NCBI GenBank assembly: GCA_951406725.2
Contig: OX597814.1
Location: 193,502,001 to 193,566,000, forward strand
Reading direction: 5' to 3'
Length of the DNA stretch: 64,000 nucleotides
Source: Octopus vulgaris
Taxonomy: Eukaryota
Part shown: positions 42,113 through 56,842 of the stretch, piece after piece
Layout of the letters: each line of letters opens with the position of its first letter
Numbering within the stretch: position 1 is the first letter of the stretch
Notes under the pieces: model-generated
The model's input: the letters and a program-made list of their open reading frames with translations, nothing else
Database searches by the model: none
Told to the model about the DNA's origin: nothing
Program-made: the position numbers and the translations under genes

Positions 42113-42283
42113 GGTGGTGGTGGTGGTGGTGGTGGTGGTGGTGGTGGTGGTGGTGGTGGTGGTGGTGGTGGTAGTAGTGGTGGTGGTAGTAGTGGTGGTG
42201 ATGGTGGTGGTGGTGGTGGTGGTGGTAGTAGTAGTAGTAGTGGTGGTGGTGGTGGTGGTGGTGGTGGTAGTAGTAGTAGTGGT
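42055..42283. repeat. (TAG)n/(TGG)n microsatellite
   Basis: Direct reading; source of the poly-S/G ORF. Confidence 0.95.
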
Positions 42284-42649
42284 TTTGGTTTTGGTTCTTT
42301 AGCACCAGATCAACTCTTATTGAGTAGACGTACATTCAAAGGCACCCAAGCCGTGACCATCCCACCTTTTAGGAGTATCAAGTTGTATCTACGAGGATGT
42401 ATTCAATCTGGCCTTCTTAGTTTTAGACGAGATTTGCGGTGCCTTTGGCTGCCAGTTGAAGCTGGTCGTGCTATCACCTGGAGCAATGGGTCACAACCAT
42501 TTTTTATCTATGGACCACATTGACTACTATTAAATTCTGGTGGACCCCAATAGCCATTCCATGGTGAAAAACTAGCTTTTATAGATAATCCTATCCAAAT
42601 TCTTATTTTGTTTTTCACACATTCACTTGCGTAGGTTTACAATAGAGGT

Positions 42650-43028
42650 GAAGCACTCCGTCGGTTACGACGATGAGGGTTCCGGTTGATCCGATCAACG
42701 GAACAGCCTGCTCGTGAAATTAACGTGTAAGTGGCTGAGCACTCCACAGACACGTGTACCCTTAACAGAGTTCTCGGGGATATTCAGCGTGACACAGAGA
42801 GTGACAAGGCCGGCCCTTTGAAATACAGGTACAACAGAAATAGGAAGTAAGAGTCAGAGAAAGTTGTGGTGAAAGAGTACAGCAGGGACCACCACCACCC
42901 CTGCCGGAGCTTCGTGGAGCTTTAGGTGTTTTCGCTCAATAAACACTCACAACGCCCGGTCTGGGAATCGAAACCACGATCCTATGACTGCGAGTCCGCT
43001 GCCCTAACCACTGGGCCATTGCGCCTCC
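42650..43028 (-). mobile_element. SINE family C, full length
   Basis: Matches 25169-25554. Confidence 0.85.
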
Positions 43029-43881
43029 TTACAATAGAACTCTCTAAGAGAACATGTTTCAATGACCGGAAACATGTTAAAGTATGTAAAACGTTAGAGC
43101 AGCGATTCTCAGTCGGGGTCCACAGAAGCTTTAAGGGGGTCTATGAGTAAAAAATTGTAATTTGTGGGCCCATATATAAATTTTGTTTACTAGGAGAGGT
43201 ACCTGTATTTATTGAAATTTTAAAGATTTGTATTTGGAATTTATGTTATGAATATAATGAAATTGTTTCATTGTTAGTTTTTACTAACCTACAGACAAAT
43301 ATTTTATTTCAAAAATTTACATGTGCATATATAGGGTCCACAGATGATAAAATAGCTCTCAGGGGTTCCACAAGCAAAGTAAGATTGGGAACCCCTGCGT
43401 TAGAGAATGAAACCTAGCTGTTTTTTGCAATATATATATCAAAATCAAAATTTCTTCATAAACCCTTAAAATACTACTGTGAATCCCCAATTCAGTATTT
43501 TGCTTGTGTAGACCCCCAAAACTCTTATATAGACTCCCAGAGATTATACGGACCCCGGGTGAGAACCAATGACCTAGAGGTTTCTGCCCATTCGTTGTTT
43601 TATTTACCAATGCAGTTATCAGTTACGGTAACTAAATTCAAACATATATTCTTTATTTCAAATTCAGTTTACTTAAACAAACATTCACATCTACTCTCTC
43701 TCTCTCTCTTTCTCTCTCTTTCTACATATATATATATAAAACTATATATTCTGTGTATGCATATACGTATGTTTCTTTCTGTCTGTCGATCCCTCAATTT
43801 AATTCTGTATATATGTGGTGTGTATGTGTGTATGTGTGCGTGCGTACGTAGATAGATAGATAGACAGATAGACAGACAGAC

Positions 43882-43950
<69 letters not shown>

Positions 43951-44080
43951 TGCATATATATATATATATATATAAACATATACATAATGTATATATGTAT
44001 ATCTAACCATATGTGTATGTTTATATATATATATACGTCGGTATACACACACAAACACGTCTCTCTCTCTCTCTCTCTCT

Positions 44081-44132
<52 letters not shown>

Positions 44133-44159
44133 GTGTATGTATATATATATATATGTGTG

Positions 44160-44215
<56 letters not shown>

Positions 44216-44251
44216 CATTTATGTATATATATATATATATATACATACATT

Positions 44252-44333
<82 letters not shown>

Positions 44334-44844
44334 CATACATACGTAACTGCAAGACGCACGCCATACTGGAAATGAGGCAGTAGAAATGTTGTCATTGAAA
44401 CGCTTTAGTGCTGGACTTCAAAGCTGGTCTCCACCAAACAGCATGTCTTAATATAAGATATCTTATCAGAGGTTTTGCCTCACTGAATTAAAATAACCAA
44501 AGATAGATTGAAGTAACTAAAATGGTAGCCTTTCATTGCCAACGTTATGTAGTTAGGTATTACTGTTTACGCATGCACGCAAAGCACAAACACACAGGAA
44601 GTGAAATACAGTACGGTTAACTTCCTAAATAACGGCAATCTCGGTGATTTGAGTTGATTTTATTGTGACGCTTCCGTTATCTAGAAAGTTGAGTTTTGAA
44701 AAATGCTTATTACGTGAATAAATGGGATACAGTATTTAGCTGAGACACTGTTAAATGAATACCTATTTATTAGTTGCTAAATGAACAGCAAACAATTAGA
44801 GCAAAATGAATAATTAAGTAAGTAAAATAAATAAATAATAATTA

Positions 44845-45068
44845 TCCTTTCTGCTATAGGCACAAGGCATGAAATCTGGGGTGAGGGGACTAGTCCATTA
44901 CATCGGCCCCAGTATTTTACAGGTACTTAATTTATCGATCCCGAAAGGATGAAAGGCAAAGTCGACTTCGGAGGAGGTTGAACTCAGAACATAGAGGTAG
45001 ATGAAATACCACTAAGTATTTCGCCCGGCGTGCTAACGATTCTGCCAGCTTGCCACCTTTTTAATAAT

Positions 45069-45150
<82 letters not shown>

Positions 45151-46437
45151 TGTTGTCATAGGTGCCCTGGGAATGATAGCAAAAGGGGCTGATTGCTACC
45201 TAGCTCAGATGCCAGGAAACCCCAAAATGGCAGAAATTCAAAAGATAGTGCTCATGGGAACTGCTCATATCCTACAAAATACTTTCTATGTAATCTCAAG
45301 TTTTAAAACAAACATAATTTTCTTATAGTTTCTTAAACATTCTCTAGAACAACATTATGTACAAAACCAAATTTATGGCACCCAAGGCATATCACCAACA
45401 TGAACTTCCAACTTGTTATCTCTTGAGGTCGCTAGGTGAGACTTGGAGCCAACTTCTACAAATGTAAAGCAAAAGTCAAACATAAAATAATAATAACCCT
45501 TTCTACTACAGGCACAAGGCCTGGAATTTGAGGGGGGAGGGGAAGGTCGGTCACATCGACCTGGCACTTAATTTATTGACCCTGAAAGGATGAAAGGCAA
45601 TGTCGACCTCGGTAGAATTTGAACTCGTCTGTAGCGACAGACGAAATACTGCTAAGCATTTCGCCCGACGTGCTAACGATTCTGCCATCTCGTATGATAA
45701 TAATGATTTCTTTTATTTGCCACCAGGGCGAAGGTTGAGGAGGACAATGCAAGGACAGACATAAAGTGTGTGTGTGTGTTGAGGGGGGGTTTACATATAA
45801 TGAAATGAGCAAAAAACATTGAAAGTATACACAGTATGCAATGAGACAAAGAAGGCAAATATATATAGTATACAACAGTAAAAACAAAACAAAGAAAAAG
45901 GACGATGATTGTGATGTCGTCCTCCTGGTACAAGGGGACCTCTAGGGATAATCGAGGAAGCCCACCATCCAAGGGAAATTGCCATCTCCAGTCCCTTTTC
46001 TCCGACTCACAGGACCACACTTAGAGTGATACCCTCCACTAATACGCCTTTCTACTACAAGGCCTGAAATTATGGAGGAGGGGCCTATCAATTACATCGA
46101 CCCCGGTTCTCAGTTGGTACCTATTTTATCAATCTCAGAAGGTTGAAAGTCAAAGTTGATCACGACCGGATTTGAACACAGAACATAAACGATGAAATGC
46201 TGGTAAGCGTTTTGTCCGGCGCGGTAACGATTCTGCCAGTTCGCCACCTTAAAGAGTTCCAATTTTGGCACAATGCCAGCAATTTGGGAGAGAGCTAAAT
46301 CGATTTCATCGATCCTAGTGCTCAACTGGTACTTTATTTTATCGATTCCAAAGGGATGAAAGGCAAAGTCGACCTCGGCGGGATTGGAACTCGGAACTTA
46401 ACGAGTCGGGAGAAATACCGCTGAGCATTTTGTCCGA
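44845..46437 (-). mobile_element. Cluster of SINE family B copies (44845-45060, 45497-45692, 46046-46437)
   Basis: Reverse complements of the 27001 head and module. Confidence 0.75.
45151..45486 (+). mobile_element. R4/Dong-like LINE 3' end embedded in (TAA)n
   Basis: VVIGALGMIAKGADCYLAQMPGNPKMAEIQKIVLMGTAHIL...SM*, then a 3' UTR; (AAT)n on both sides. Confidence 0.75.
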
Positions 46438-46671
46438 TGATGATGAAAAACATTCTTAGAATAGAACCAAAAGAATATATAAATCTTACACGAAAACTTT
46501 TAGATAAGGGATAAATGTTTATAGTAAGGAATAAATGTTTGTCAAAATAAACGAAACAAAGATTAAACTTAAAGGATTTACAAACAATACATTTTTTACC
46601 TGATGTAAGTGTATGTATATTTGTATGTGTCTATGCATAAATATATGTATACATGCATGTATGTGTACATA

Positions 46672-46708
<37 letters not shown>

Positions 46709-46762
46709 GCATAAATTATACACACACAGAGACATGCATGCATACACACATACACACACATA

Positions 46763-46822
<60 letters not shown>

Positions 46823-48119
46823 CATAAATAATACGAACACTGAAACATACATGTATATATATACATACATACACACACATATATATATAAGAGAGAGAGA
46901 GGAGGAGATATATATGTATATACACACATACACACACATATATACAGAGAGAGAGGAGGAGAGAGTTTCTAGCCGTTTGTCGAGGGGTGGTCACACATTT
47001 TTGTAATAAAATATATTTTCTGTCACCGTGGTAATTGAAAAGCAATGTACTTCGTTTTACAGAGGAAACAAACCATTTGAACTAGTTATAAATTTTCTTT
47101 TAATTCAATTTAGTCATTATATAATAATTTCTTCTGATATCTATATGTTTGATATAGATTGTTAAATATATCTGACATGTGAGCTAATCACTTCGACATT
47201 TCACCATACCTTTTTGTCTAAATTCAGTTACTGTTATATTTTGTTTTGCCTGGTGTTTTTTCTTTTGTTTTTTTTTCCCTGAGCTTTGCCTTCTTATCCG
47301 TTTTATTTTTATTTTTTCTCTTCTGTGTTAGTCCTAATGCTCATATCGTATTTATGTTGATGTTTAGCTTGAGGGTGGCCTGATAGTGAAAACCGTTGAT
47401 CAAAGGTGTACAAACACGACAACCGCGTATTTAGATATAGTAAGAACTATCTTGGCCATTAAAACCTTTCTTTCCTCTAAGGCGTGATTTATGAGAGTTT
47501 TGGCAGCTATTCCTAGCAGGTCCGGCGCCAAGTTAGAATCCACTAAACGTGACTCTTTTAAGTGTTAATTTTTACAAATGCATGTGGTCTGGAGTAGACA
47601 TGGAAGCAAAATCACCAGCATAACGACATCAAGCCACTGGATGTTAGCCATCAGCGTATCCAGGATATCCGGCACGATTCATACGTACTTACTCGCGATT
47701 GGTTCGGATCGAGTGGAGTGGTAATGCTGTTTCGAAAAACCCTGGACTTCTAAGTAAGGACGATCTTCCTGGATAATGATGATAATAGCCGGAAAGTACC
47801 GCTTTTACCGCTGTTCACATCGTCGACAAAGCCAGAGCCTTCGTACTTTGTCTCGAGATTGGATTTCTTCAAGCGTTTATTATCATAACGTGCTGCTTGT
47901 TAGTGCTAAGAGAGGACATGAGTAGCATTTTAGACGCATGCTAAGATTGCGTAGGAGCATCCGATATATTAAAAATCCAGGGTTTAAAACTTCAAAAACC
48001 TGTTCAAGTGTTTGACCTGTCATACGGACGGATACCGCTGGGATTTTGAGTGTTTATCAAAGTAGACGTTGTCAAATACTACTACTCATCTTGATCATAT
48101 CAAAATAGAATATGGGGGA

Positions 48120-48555
48120 AAATTTTGGTTATCCTACACCCATTAAAAAAATTGGGTTATCTCCCCACGTTTTATGAGAAATATCGGCACTTTTGGTTAT
48201 CTCCCTCAACTATAAAAATTGTTTAACCCTCAATGAAACAAAGAAACAAAAGTGAAAAGATGAGACATCTTATTGAATCTGATGATATTTATATAACAAA
48301 TCATACAAAACTGAAAAGATTAATAAACATGAAAACTGAAAAAATTAAACATCTTACCGAATCTGATAACATTTTTATAACAAATCCTACCATTCTTAAT
48401 TGAGGGAGCAAAACATCAACAAGGTGTTGAAGTATTGAATCAAAAAGATCTCTTTCAATCCAAATTTTTGTCGACACATAAACACAATTTTTTAGTGGGG
48501 AGATAACCCAGTTTTTTAATGGTAATTTTTTAATGCGGGCGAGATAACCAAAACG
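48120..48555. mobile_element. MITE-like element with inverted subterminal repeats
   Basis: CATTAAAAAAATTGGGTTATCTCCCCAC (48141-48168) is inverted at 48496-48522; internal ~70-bp tandem repeat. Confidence 0.55.
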
Positions 48556-48873
48556 CACCGAATATTGTTCGGTTATCAGAGGAAGATGACGTGGAATGTT
48601 TGGTCCAATTTCGTTTGGGCGGTGGGAGAGACAAAACGTTTGTGATCTATAATAGATAGAAAGCATAATCCACACCGTTACTGAATGCATCGTTCCCGGA
48701 GGAGAAAGTCTATGGCGATAGGATAAACGAACTAGTTAAGCAGAAGAGGCTGATCCTCAAGAAACGAACAACAGTAGATGTCTCTGAAAAGAGCCATTAG
48801 TGTAGTATCCACATACATAAATACACACATACATACATATACATGCATACATACCTACCTATACATACCTACC

Positions 48874-48918
<45 letters not shown>

Positions 48919-49292
48919 TTGCTACAATATCTATTTTTGCTTGCAATAGCTGGTTCTTATGGTCAGACTGTCGTATCTCCAACTGCTTCAGATGCCAAAA
49001 TATCAAAAATTGTCAAACAGTTTTGCTATGGAATGGCGAAACTCTTTTTTCGTTTTCTGAAAAAAAAAAGCAACGTTTTGGACTTACGACACTTTTTTAT
49101 AATAACAACGATACGCACACACACACAGACATACCTCTTTTATCTTTTACTTGTTTCAGTCATTAGATTACATCTATGTTGGGGCACCTCCTTAAAGAAG
49201 TTTTAGTCGCATGAATCAACCTGAGGAATATGCTTGAGTTTTCTCAACATATAAAACTATTAGTACCGCTTTAATACATGTACTGTGGCCTT

Positions 49293-49377
<85 letters not shown>

Positions 49378-49799
49378 GACGGTATTCAGTTTCCGTCTAC
49401 AAAATCCAGTTACAACGCTTTGGTTGACCGATGTCATAGCAGACGGCACTTACCCAGAATACACACACACGAATGCACGCACGCATACACACACGCACAC
49501 ACACACACACACACACACGTTAATGAGTGTAATCATAAAAGCGAGAAATCTACACGGTTATAGAGAATAAATTTCATTCACAACTGAATCTCACGAATCG
49601 CTACTGAAAAAATGTTCCAAACGAACGAGAAACGAGACTTAGAATCTGCGTGCGTGTGTGTGTGTGTTTATGTGTGTGTGTGTATTGCAGATGTTTGTAG
49701 CTGAATGTCGAACGTTGTAAGGTGGACTTTTCTATTGAAACAGAAAGACGCGGTAAAAAAAAAAAACAGAAACAGACAGACATGCAGACGAGCAAAAAC

Positions 49800-49858
<59 letters not shown>

Positions 49859-50059
49859 TAGACAGAGAGATATTCGTGAAAGTTGAGAATGCAGTCATTG
49901 TTTGAATTATGTGAGGAATGTCACATACGAGAGTAAAATAGTTGGCAATTTGACCGATTCTTAGTTTGTGAGTCAGCATAATACACGTACCGTCCCTTAA
50001 TAATATAAGGTTTGTAAGTAACCAATCAGGACATGTAATTATATATTGGATATATATAC

Positions 50060-50112
<53 letters not shown>

Positions 50113-50268
50113 CATACATACACATATATACACACATATATATACAAAAATATACATATATATACTTATAATATATATATATGTATACACATATATTCAT
50201 ATGTATGTATGTGTGTGTGTATCTATTTATCTATCTATCGATATATATATATAATAAAGATACACACA

Positions 50269-50336
<68 letters not shown>

Positions 50337-50432
50337 TGTAGTGTGTGTTTGTATATATATATATATATAACGGCGGTGCATCAGCATGGCCGCAGCTCTG
50401 AGCTGAAACTAGGAAAAAAAAAAATATATATC

Positions 50433-50472
<40 letters not shown>

Positions 50473-50664
50473 CACACATACATGCATGCATACATACATA
50501 CATACATACATACATACACACACACATACATACATACATACATACATACATACATACATACATACATACATACATACATTAAAATAGTTATTCCAAGTCT
50601 GCTACATAAATTCACTTTTATATTTGTGCAAGGATTACATGCATAGAAATACACACACACACAC

Positions 50665-50717
<53 letters not shown>

Positions 50718-51037
50718 CGTACACACACATAGCTGGTTACATATCACTACTCAGCAGCAAACCCACCTGGCACACCTGTTTCGCTTGGTTTGCGATTCTG
50801 TAATTCCCTTCCAGCCTGCACTAATCTCCTTTCTCTAACCCTTTCCTCTCGGTCTGTTCATCTTCTCATATTCTACTTAACGACCATGTTGTTGTTGTTG
50901 GTGCTATTGTTATTGTTATTGTTGTTGTTGTTTTTGTTGTTATTGTTACTGCTGCTGTTGTTATTGACTACGACGACGACGACGGCGGCGGCGTTGGTGG
51001 CGGCGGTGGTGATGGTGGTGGGTGGTGGTGGTGGAGG

Positions 51038-51084
<47 letters not shown>

Positions 51085-51088
51085 GTAG

Positions 51089-51141
<53 letters not shown>

Positions 51142-51232
51142 GTAGTGATGATGATGGTAGTGGTGATTTTGATGATGATGATGATGGTGATGGTAGTGGT
51201 GGTAATGAGGATAATGATGACGATGATGGTGA
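51038..51232. repeat. (GAT)n microsatellite
   Basis: Direct reading; source of the poly-D/M/H ORFs. Confidence 0.95.
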
Positions 51233-51384
51233 TCATAGATGGTGAGCAAAGTATCGCTGACGAGGCCCGGTAGCCATAAGTGGAGAACGTGCTCCGTGGA
51301 CACACGACTTGCCTTGAAACAAGGTTTGGATAACTGCGTTTAACGCATACTTTCTAAACCTTCATTCTCTAATTTTAAATTCGA

Positions 51385-51418
<34 letters not shown>

Positions 51419-51869
51419 GGTGTCTTTTCAGAACATTGTCTGGTTTCAAAAGCCACATCAGATGCCATGATGGTGCTGAGGTGTAGGAACAGGAAATGGT
51501 CAAACTCTGCATAAGGAGTAGGCAACCACCATACGTGTGCGTGTGTGTGTGTGTGAGTGTGTGAGTGTGTGTGTATATGTATGTATGTATGCATGTATGT
51601 ATGTATGTATGCATGTATGTATGTATGTATGTATGTATGTATGTATGTATGTATGTATGTGTGTGTGTATGGATGGATGGATGTATAAGTCGAATTTAAA
51701 GTAAGGATCTTGCCTACCTTGTCAGTCATTAACATAGTGCTTTCCGTGGCTATTGAGTTGTTTTGACTCTTATTTCTAGCAATGCTTGTGCTGGTTGGTG
51801 CCCTTTGTCTCTCTAATAACCTCTGTGTTTTTGCCTTTAGGTTGTAATATTGCGATTAAGCCACTCATA

Positions 51870-51917
<48 letters not shown>

Positions 51918-52005
51918 CACCATCAGGTGGTGCTATTAAGTTAGACATGCCCTGGACCAATCATTGGTCGAAACACATCTAAGTTTATCTAATTTTATAT
52001 ATATA

Positions 52006-52427
52006 GGCGCAGGAGTGGCTGTGTGGTAAGTAGCCTGTTTACCAACCACATGGTTCCGGGTTCAGTCCCACTGCGTGGCATCTTGGGCAAGTGTATTCTA
52101 CTATAGCCTCGGGCCGACCAAAGCCTTGTGAGTGGATTTGGTGGACGGAAACTGAAAGAAGCCCGTCGTATATATGTATATATATATATATATATGCATG
52201 CGTGTGTGTATTTGTGTGTCTGCGTTTGTCCCCTTGCATTGCTTGACAACCGATGCTGGTGTGTTTATGTCCCCGTCACTTAGCGGTTCGGCAAAAGAGA
52301 CCGATAGAATAAGTACTGGGCTTACAAAGAATAAGTCCCGGGGTCGATTTGCTCGACTAAAGGCGGTGCTCCAGCATGGCCGCAGTCAAATGACTGAAAC
52401 AAGTAAAAGAGTAAAAGAGCAAAGAGT
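52006..52427 (+). mobile_element. SINE family A, young full-length copy
   Basis: GGCGCAGGAGTGGCTGTGTGGTAAG (A box)...GGGTTCAGTCCC (B box)...internal microsatellite...GAAACAAGTAAAAGAGTAAAAGA. Confidence 0.9.
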
Positions 52428-52538
52428 ATAATATAACTTTTGGCAATCTGAATATTACAATTTAAAATTTATTAGCATAATATTATATTATATTATATTA
52501 TATTATGTTATATTATATTATATTATAATAATATAATA

Positions 52539-53311
52539 CAGGGTGTTCAAAAAGTCTCTCAGTAAGTATTTTATTGCAGAATAAATATTTATAAGATGGT
52601 ATAAGTGTACAAAAGAATATATTAGACTTTACAAGACTTTAAAAAACTTTATAAGAGGTGTTGAAAGTGTCGTTCTTCATTTTCAGCACAAAAGTTCTAC
52701 ACATGTTTTGAAATACATCTTGGAGAGTGATGCAGTATGGACCGTGTGAAGGTTATGATTGCGTCTTTTAGCTCATTAATGGTTTTTGGGCGATTCTTGT
52801 ACACTGATCCTTTACTTTAATAAATCTCCGAACGAGATGTAAACAGGATGACCTCCCTTTGCGAATATCAGAAGTGCACAGAAAGTGTGTCTAAAGCCAG
52901 CTGGAGACGATGATCTCCTGGGGCTAAAAGCTTCAGTAACACCCACCCCCAGTGGCTAGCCACATTGAGATGGCTAGTACACTTTACGTCGTCGATCCTT
53001 TACTTGCTTCCCAGAAAAAAAAAGTCTGGCAGTGTTAAATCAGGCGATCTTAGTGGCCAAAGTCCCTTCGAATAATCCGTTCACTGAAAAATCTCTTGAA
53101 GTAGCGCCGTGGTGATGCGCAAAGTATGTACTGTAGCTCCATCTTGCTGAAAGTATGCATTATTAATTTTACTTTCAGTGAGATGGCCTACAAATGGATA
53201 GACAATATTTGAGCAATATCTCTCGGTGTTCATGGCGTCTTAAAAAAAAATCGGTCCCACCATACGCAGGATAAAAAAAAATCACCGCAGAAAGACATTT
53301 TGAACACCCTG
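52539..53311 (-). mobile_element. Tc1/mariner-family element, internally deleted
   Basis: TA|CAGGGTGTTCAAAA ... TTTTGAACACCCTG|TA. Minus strand gives FQQDGATVHT...WPLRSPDLTLPDFFF...VYKNRPKTINELKDAI. Confidence 0.85.
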
Positions 53312-53645
53312 TATAATAAGTAATAAATATTAAATATAAATCACATACAAATGTTTTAATTCTTGGCCATAATAAAATTATAAAAATTCATTGTTTTTTT
53401 GGCCAAGAATCTCCTCAGTGTTAAGGATTCACATATTAAGGATTCACATATCCAATAAGACTGAATTTAAATCTATTTGTTTAACAGCGTGAGCATAATT
53501 AACTAAAAAACAAAAACAAAGATAAAATTTTTTAAATAAAATAATATAATATAACGGCCTTCAAATATATTTGTATTCTAATATAAATATATCTTAGCGC
53601 ATTAGTTTTTGTGTACCAGAAAATACGAAATTACAATAATTTCAA

Positions 53646-53678
53646 TGTCATGATTAGCGAAAGCGAAACCGGTTGAGA
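53646..53678 (+). ncRNA. Minimal hammerhead-like motif with A3-U8 core, in a PLE 3'-end fragment (~53600-53750)
   Basis: tgtc-ATGATTA-GCgaaaGC-GAAAC-CG-GTT-gaga; the flanks are homologous to 15660-15790(-). Confidence 0.55.
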
Positions 53679-53921
53679 AATACCATATAAAATGTATTAA
53701 CAAAATATATCAAAACTATGTAAAATGTGTGCATTTTCCTTTTATCTCATATATATATGCGTGTGTGCGTATGTGTGTATGTGTGTGCGTGTATATATGT
53801 ATGTGTATGCATGTATATGTATATATATATAATTATTATTTGAGGGAATAAAAACCAAACTTACAAGGAAAAAAATTCAATTTAGAAAAACTAAATCAAA
53901 TTTCACACAATATAATATTTT

Positions 53922-54010
53922 TAACCTGATGAGTGACTATATTTATATCGAAGTGATTTCTCTACTACTATAATCATTTCTTAAATATAGCCACGAAACA
54001 CGTGTCGTTA
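53922..54010 (+). ncRNA. Type-I hammerhead ribozyme, canonical (mini-element M4, 53917-54170)
   Basis: taac-CTGATGA-GTGACTATATTTA...TAAATATAGCCAC-GAAAC-ACGT-GTC-gtta; predicted cleavage after 54006. Confidence 0.8.
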
Positions 54011-54180
54011 TTCTACCAATTATATACGTTTTTATTTTTAATTTTTTGCAAGTTACTTAATCATTGACATTTTATTGTCATTTTAATTTTAATTATATGT
54101 AATTTTCTAGATTGTGTAATTTAATTGTTCATTTTGAATTGATAAAAGGTGGGTTTTTTCTAATTTTTTATATATATATA

Positions 54181-54390
54181 GTTAATCCAAACATGAAAGC
54201 ACAAAAAAAACACAACAACGCGAGGACGTGGAACAAATATAGTATTATTGGACGCTCAGGAAAGAAGGAAAGAAGGAGGGTTTAACGTTTCGAGCGGAGC
54301 TCTTCGTCGGAAACGTAGGAGAAGGAAAGATCCAGAGAAGGGAAGACAGAGGAAAAAAATCGCCAACGGTACACGCGCGGTCACATTTTG
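54181..54390 (-). mobile_element. Mini-element family M2 (HHR-like motif 54280-54314)
   Basis: gttt-CCGACGAA-GAGCtccGCTC-GAAAC-GTT-aaac on the minus strand; (TA)n on both sides. Confidence 0.7.
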
Positions 54391-54429
54391 AATGATATAT
54401 ATATATTAGACAGTCAATGGTACTAATAC

Positions 54430-55560
54430 TGATAAACAGCGCAGCGAAGATAACGGACAGAAGTGGGTTGTTACCTGTAACCTTAGGTATCCACAAGCTT
54501 TCAATAGGCTTTCAAGTGCTTAGAACCTTCCTGATAGTCTTCCCTGCAAACTTTCTATAGAAGCTCTACAGGACATTCTATTGCAATCTCCTTCAACCAT
54601 TTGTCTGTATCTTTGCTTACAGTTCCCAATGCACCAGTTATCATAGGCACTTTAGAGGGTTGTATTTAATGAATTTTTCGCCTTCCTTCTCGACTATTCG
54701 TGGGTCAAAGGGGAATATATCGGTACTCCATCCTTACTATGTCTTGTACGTCATCGTCGTATTTTTGTGATATACCTTCCCCCATTACTTCTGCTTCATT
54801 TGCTGAGAGCGCATTTACATGTATACTTTGCTCTACGTCTTCACTGACACCATTCATTTCCATCCTTGCTAGACAGGTTATCTGCTGGTGAAGTATTATT
54901 ACTGTTTCCTACTTTTCTTTTTATCTCTCCAATCTCCATGTCTGTTAACCACCCTTTTGTACTTATTGTTCTTAATAAAAAAAAAAAAAGGCGCTTGGCT
55001 TAGTGGTTAGGGTATTGAACTCATGATCGTATGGTTGTGGTTTCGATTCCTGTACCGGGCAATGCGTTGTGTTCTTGAGCAAAACACTTCATTTTCACAT
55101 TGCTCCAGTCCACTCAGCTGGCAAAAATGAGTAACCCTGCGACGAACTGGCGTCCCGTCCAGGTGGGGAATTTCTACGCCACTGAAACCGGAAAACAGGC
55201 CCTTATGAGCCTGGCACGGCTCGAGAAGGAACATTTTATTATATTTTGTTATTGTTCTTACCTGGTCGGTTAACCGTTGCTCACTTACTCGAAGTGTCCT
55301 ATTTCATTCTATTTTGCTTTTATACGTTGTCCAAATACCCATCTACTGGGTAATCTCCCGATCCAGCATTCAATTACATCTCAGTTCTCCCCTTATCCAA
55401 CCGTCTTCTCTGTCTCTGTGTATAAGCAGTCTGGATAACGACCGGGCCTGCGCTGCTCGATGACAGAACACCGGCCAGGCGAAAGGCTTTCACCTTTAGT
55501 TCCAGCCTCATTCATACCATTATTTGAACGTTTATACTAGACATTATCACTCAATACTGA
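54430..55560 (-). mobile_element. R4/Dong-like LINE remnant with a large internal deletion, interrupted by SINE D (54989-55233)
   Basis: N-terminal-like VSEQRLTDQVRTI...KGWLTDMEIGEIK and C-terminal PMITGALGTVSKDTDKWLKEI...IRKVLST*. Confidence 0.55.
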
Positions 55561-55755
55561 GGCTCTTGTTTTAAGGTTAGCCACCAACTGGTATTTTCAT
55601 CGAGACACCATCTCTAGCAAGACTGTCAACCAAGACTGCAGAGCTCTTACAGCATTTTTGAGTGTTGGGAACCATGTTCATGATTCTCACTGGGAGGTAG
55701 ATGAACGTCGGTTGGTCCCGTATCCTCATCCAAACATTGCTCGGGAGCTAGGTTA

Positions 55756-55811
<56 letters not shown>

Positions 55812-55818
55812 CATTATT

Positions 55819-55904
<86 letters not shown>

Positions 55905-55930
55905 CATTATTATCATTATCATTATCATCA

Positions 55931-56029
<99 letters not shown>

Positions 56030-56365
56030 CTGAGTGAGAGAGCAGCACATGACCTTGCAGGTGGGACTCTGTTAGAATTTTCTTCTGGTCGAGTAACCCA
56101 TCCCGCTCTAAAGGTCTCTGAATTATTATAACTATTGTTGTTGTTGTTGTGGTGGTGTTGGTGGTGGTAGTGGTGGTGGTGGTGGTGGTTGTGGTGGTGG
56201 GGTTGTTGTTGTTATTATGATTGCTGATCTGTTTAGGTGTACTTTTGATATGGCTACTCCCGGGCAAAATTCGAAGAAGCTTGAACTACATAGAATATGT
56301 GTGTATGTGTGTGTGTGCGTGAGTGTGTGTGCGTATGTATTTGTGTATGTATGCATATATATATA

Positions 56366-56422
<57 letters not shown>

Positions 56423-56481
56423 AAGTATATACGTATATATATATGTATATGTATATACGTATATTTATACATACATATATG

Positions 56482-56515
<34 letters not shown>

Positions 56516-56776
56516 GACGTACACACATAAATATTTATGTATGTGCATGCGTGTATGGGGTGGGCAATATTGTTTTCATACAGAGCGTAATTGATCATTG
56601 GATGTCTGCCCATACACTGTCCAGACGAGAAAAAAAAAATGAAGGTTTGTTGTTTTATTTTGTCTTATCTTGTTTACACACATGTATAAAATAGCGACGC
56701 GGACCACTCACCAACGCAGCCATGATGAAGGTGAGCGTGTTTTAAACAAGAGAGAAAAGGAGAGGGAAAGAGAGAC

Positions 56777-56842
<66 letters not shown>

